Source: Fistulifera solaris
Lineage: Eukaryota
Assembly: GCA_030295235.1 (NCBI GenBank)
Contig: AP026132.1
Location: 62,001-126,000 of the forward strand
Length of the DNA: 64,000 nucleotides
Direction: 5' to 3'
Shown here one piece after another: positions 60,021 to 64,000 of this stretch (the stretch's first letter is position 1; every line of letters starts with the position of its first letter). The translations under genes and the position numbers were made by a program. Below the pieces are notes generated by a model. The model had not been told where the DNA came from and ran no database searches. It saw nothing but the letters and a program-made list of their open reading frames with translations.

Positions 60021-60899
60021 TTAAACAGTCGAACGACGCTCTTTGGCTCGCAGCTTGAGTCCGGTCACTGGAGCAGGAATGGCTTGAAACGACGACATGA
60101 CTTTTTGAATTTGCTCTTCACTGCCCTTTTTCCATCGTAACGCCGACGCCGATCCGACCAAAAGAACCGCCTGCTGGGAACCGAAGGGGATGGTGGCGAC
60201 AATACGAGCCCGTCGTGGAATCTCCGATTGTGTGCTTTGACTGAGAGTCGAGAATGACACGTCCATGACTTTATACGAGGACCCGTTGTTTCCCTGAATC
60301 AGACTCGATGACTTGACTTTCACATCCGTGGGTGACCCGTAAAACGAGAAGCGACCCGTGGGTGCAAATAAATCATTCAAAAAGAAAGCATCATTCAATT
60401 GAGCGAGCGATTGACCCGATGTTTTTCGCGAAACCGCCAGGAAAGCACCATCGCCGGTACTCGGATCACGACACTCGACATCAAATACAGTACCCGTTTG
60501 CAACGGCCACGGAGAGGAAAAGGATGCTAGAATGGGCACCATGTTGTCACCACCGCTCACCAGTATTTCGGCCAAGACATCTCCGGATCGGGGGTCACGA
60601 GACACTTCACTGCCGTCCCGAAGAACGACACCGGTCTCGGGCCTCGATTTACCCGCCTGTCCACTGACTCCCATGGGATTGGACACAAAGCCATTGCGCA
60701 GATAGTCGTCGACATTGAGGCGATCCGGAATTTCTTTGTCTTCGGCGTTCACTGGTGTCGACACGAACGTCGTGATAGCACCGGTCGTGAATGCCCCGAT
60801 GGCCTGACGTCGATTGCACAGAGACGATAAGGCGACAACTGTGGAAGGCGCCACGTAGAGCGCATTAAGAAGAAAGATGGTCCTTTGCATGAATTTCAT
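60021..60899 (-). CDS. Putative thylakoid-lumen PsbP-like protein
   Basis: Signal + NRRQ Tat motif + VNA cleavage; C-terminal W.K.....V.SSF pattern of PsbP-like domains. Confidence 0.65.
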   Translation of the reverse strand: MKFMQRTIFLLNALYVAPSTVVALSSLCNRRQAIGAFTTGAITTFVSTPVNAEDKEIPDRLNVDDYLRNGFVSNPMGVSGQAGKSRPETGVVLRDGSEVSRDPRSGDVLAEILVSGGDNMVPILASFSSPWPLQTGTVFDVECRDPSTGDGAFLAVSRKTSGQSLAQLNDAFFLNDLFAPTGRFSFYGSPTDVKVKSSSLIQGNNGSSYKVMDVSFSTLSQSTQSEIPRRARIVATIPFGSQQAVLLVGSASALRWKKGSEEQIQKVMSSFQAIPAPVTGLKLRAKERRSTV

Positions 60900-61526
60900 G
60901 GCGATGGTTTTGGATACGATTATTATGCTTTCTCATCCGAAGAGATCGGCTTTTATGTTGTCATCGAAAATGAGAAGTTGGCTGACGTGTGCGCGTTGCG
61001 CGTGCAAAGCGAACTCATGACTCAAATATTTAAGGACGAATTCGCATAAGTCACGAGGCGTAGGTCATCTTGATTTTGATAGATTGACTATAGATTTCCA
61101 ACAAAAACGGAGTAGCTATCAAACAAAATAAAAAGGCAGTTCTGCATCTAACTTCGGTCTTCTAATAGTCAAAACAAAGAGTACATTAGAAATTTCGTGC
61201 GAAACGTTCGTTGTAGCTCCTCTTTAAGTGAGCCCTTGAGCGAAGTAGGTGGAAACTGGAAACATTGCAAATGTAGTGACAAAGCTGGACTTTTTGCGTC
61301 GTTTTCCTTCTGCGCTCGCTCTCGTGCTCCGGAGCTTAGGTTTTACTCTATACCATAACTGTAGCTTGACGAGGAACGCAAAAGTCAATCTTCCCACCAA
61401 AGATTTAAGAGAAACGTGAAGTTGGGGTTCTCGAAAATCTTTGCGCACCCAACCGATCATGAGATATGTGGGATTTTCGAAAAGCATATTGCTACGGAAA
61501 CAAACAATTTCAAATTCATCCTTCCC

Positions 61527-62492
61527 ATGCGAGTCATCATCCCCAAAATTGCCGGTACCCTCACCGTTGCCGGTATGATTGCCCTGCGATCGTGGTCGGA
61601 CTACGCGAATCATTTTGTGGAGCACAGGGTCGACAAGACTCCGCCGCTCCGACTCGTCTTTCACGTCGGGCCGGGAAAAATGGGCAGTTCCACGCTGCAG
61701 AAAGCACTAAGTATGACAACCTTGTCCGACGATGGATGGATTTCGTATAGTCACATTCAACTGGGTGCATTGAATCGCTGTTTGGCTCGAAAGACGTGCA
61801 CATTGCAGCAAATGGATCGATTTCGAGCCTTTGTTGTTCAAGCGGAACAAGATCGTCGACACATTGTATTGAGTACCGAGACGTGGTTCAGTGTCTCCAA
61901 AGAATTGCGATGGTATCAAGAATTGTTTCGCGACACATTGTATCAAGTCTCCATTGTGGTGGCGTATCGACGTTATTACGATTGGTTGCCCAGTCGTTAT
62001 TATCAACTGAATCGCTTTCGATGCCGACCCAATCCCGCCAATCAAGGACGGAACAATGTCAACTTAGGACGTCCCATTCCTCCCTTGCACGAGTATTTGA
62101 GTCACACGCCGTTTGATCACCCGACAGTCCGCAAAATCGAGCGTGTTTCCCCGTATTTTGATCGTATCGAAGTCATCAACATGGAACGAGGGAATTTACT
62201 GGAACGGTTCTTTTGTGAAATACTCGATGCTAGCAAAACGTGTCAAAAACTGCAAGCAGGTCATTCTCCGTCCGCTGCAAATCAAGGCAAGACGCTCACA
62301 TTCGATCGTCTTTCACAATATTTGATCGAACATAATCGGGTGAATTCGTCCCAAATTGATGATTTGCTGACAGAATTACGGATCAAAGTTCCCAATTACG
62401 GAAAAGCCTCGAAAGAGTGTGCGGCATTGTCATTCATATTAGAGGAGCAAGAGAGGCTTAGCAATGATTCGAACCTAAAAAGGCTTCACTGA
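61527..62492 (+). CDS. Sulfotransferase-like P-loop protein (diatom-type); 3' end possibly frameshifted
   Basis: N-terminal anchor, FHVGPGKMGSSTLQ, LSTE, VVAYRRYYDWLPSxY. Confidence 0.75.
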   Translation: MRVIIPKIAGTLTVAGMIALRSWSDYANHFVEHRVDKTPPLRLVFHVGPGKMGSSTLQKALSMTTLSDDGWISYSHIQLGALNRCLARKTCTLQQMDRFRAFVVQAEQDRRHIVLSTETWFSVSKELRWYQELFRDTLYQVSIVVAYRRYYDWLPSRYYQLNRFRCRPNPANQGRNNVNLGRPIPPLHEYLSHTPFDHPTVRKIERVSPYFDRIEVINMERGNLLERFFCEILDASKTCQKLQAGHSPSAANQGKTLTFDRLSQYLIEHNRVNSSQIDDLLTELRIKVPNYGKASKECAALSFILEEQERLSNDSNLKRLH

Positions 62493-63599
62493 TTTGTCCG
62501 CCTCGCAACGTCACCGATCGACTGTTTCACTTCAGTGCCGAAACCGAACGCGCTTTGTTTCCCCTTGAATTTTCCCATGAGGCAATGTGGAATGATTTTG
62601 CATCGAAATTGAATACAACTTTGTTTTGTGATGTTGATTTACAGGCTTATTTGCTTGCTAATGAAGCAGCGGGTGATGAAAACGCGCGTTAAAATGGGCC
62701 GTGAAATTATTAGTAAGTCAACGGTTGACGTACAGGGTCCTTTGGTACATTTTGAACGGTGTCATCGTCGGAGGCGAGCTCGAGGACAAGAAGGATCAAG
62801 AAAAATATTGTACAAGTATCAAACTATTCTTCTCCTCATCTCAAACAACAACGAACTAATTTACTCAAACTAGTAATTGGATTATTGCCTTAAGTGGTCA
62901 TTGTCAGGGCCGTAGTTGTAGTCGTGCAAAAACTTATCAAGTCTATGACTTCGGGACTGAAAACCGGTTGAGTCGTCGTCAAAAAAAGTATTCTACAATC
63001 TGTATGATAGTCAATAGAGCGACAACAACATAAAAAGCGTGATTTCTTTTAACAACAACATCCGGGTCAACGAGACTACTACAATCATAACTAAATAATT
63101 AATGAAGCTTGTTCAACAGTTTGCACACATAAACGACAATCACAACCAATGCAAAATCAAAGAGGCACTTCGAAAGTCTACGTAGGAGCTTAGTAACCGG
63201 AACTTTTCGAATCGAATATCGTCGATTCTCGGGTCCGAAAGCTGCCAAAGCCTAACTTATTGCAACAACCATTGTATTGACGATCAATGGAAGTCAAGAT
63301 ATTCTGCGAAACGAACAAATTGTATGTACCATTGTCGCTGGAAAAATTTGATTCATGATTGGAGTGCAGTCGTGGATAATTTCGTATACACTTTCAGCTA
63401 TAGTCAATTCAGCGTGCTTACGTCAAGACAGACGGAAATTCTGAATTTGTCTACTATGGACGTGCGGTGTAACGTACCCAGAAAATCTGGGAGATTCTAC
63501 ATGTTCGCGTAAATAATAACGCAAGACGAAAAACAACATCTCAAAAGGCTGCTACCAGTACAGGGCGAGACTTTTTGTTGAATTGATACTTTCATCATA

Positions 63600-64000
63600 A
63601 TGCACAAGTTCTTGTTGCCATTTCTAGTTTTATTCCTGCACAGTGTTCGTATTCCAGCGTTCCGTGGCTCTCGTAGGACAAAAAGAAACATGGTTGTGAT
63701 GCACGCTTCATCGTTGACTACCACAATGATTCCTCGTGCGGCCGTTTCGGTCGTCGTACACTGTCAATGGTCTTCGCAAAACTACTATTTATTGGTGCAG
63801 CGAGGAAAGGAACCCGCGAAAGGCAAATGGTCCTTTCCGGGTGGCAAAATTGAATGGGGGGAATCGACACTGGCGGCGGCGGTCCGCGAATTACGCGAAG
63901 AAACGAAATGGGCCACCCATCATCATCCACTCGAATGGTATCCCGGTACGGTGTGTACGAGTGACTCGATTGGATCGACGTATCATTATTTGATAGCACA
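63600..64000 (+). CDS. Nudix hydrolase (ADP-ribose pyrophosphatase-like), runs off the window
   Basis: Manual translation: MHKFLLPFLVLF...PRAAVSVVV...LLVQRGKEPAKGKWSFPGGKIEWGESTLAAAVRELREET (complete Nudix box); absent from the ORF track. Confidence 0.88.
   Translation, partial: MHKFLLPFLVLFLHSVRIPAFRGSRRTKRNMVVMHASSLTTTMIPRAAVSVVVHCQWSSQNYYLLVQRGKEPAKGKWSFPGGKIEWGESTLAAAVRELREETKWATHHHPLEWYPGTVCTSDSIGSTYHYLIA

Noticed and set aside
1..64000. tRNA/rRNA genes, prokaryotic operons, and the many antisense ORFs in the track
   Set aside because: No cloverleaf or rRNA signatures seen by eye; introns indicate a eukaryote; antisense ORFs shadow real CDSs

Overview
Eukaryotic nuclear DNA, most likely a pennate diatom. 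This rests on bipartite signal+'F' plastid presequences, short GT-AG introns and diatom-type LRR, Cys-repeat and sulfotransferase-like genes. About 33 protein-coding genes can be supported. Many are split by single frameshifts, often at homopolymers, which suggests an unpolished long-read assembly. Highlights: (1) a selenoprotein O gene with an in-frame UGA (…GFMS-U-SS*) and a SECIS-like hairpin lacking the canonical apical AA. (2) A 12-kb cluster of seven paralogous type-I membrane proteins with RXL-like motifs, Pro/Thr/Lys stalks and a shared ~110-aa domain (candidate cell-wall/silica-vesicle family). (3) A BtuF-like + DUF5522 + PP-loop ATPase fusion. (4) A probably plastid-targeted phage/Bacteroidetes-type endonuclease-like protein. 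(5) A 1.67-kb TIR element with a 7-bp TSD and internal arrays of GAA-triloop hairpins. (6) Three unrelated ~206-217-bp satellites, each built around a palindromic motif that also occurs as solo copies upstream of genes. All family assignments come from motif recognition, not database searches.
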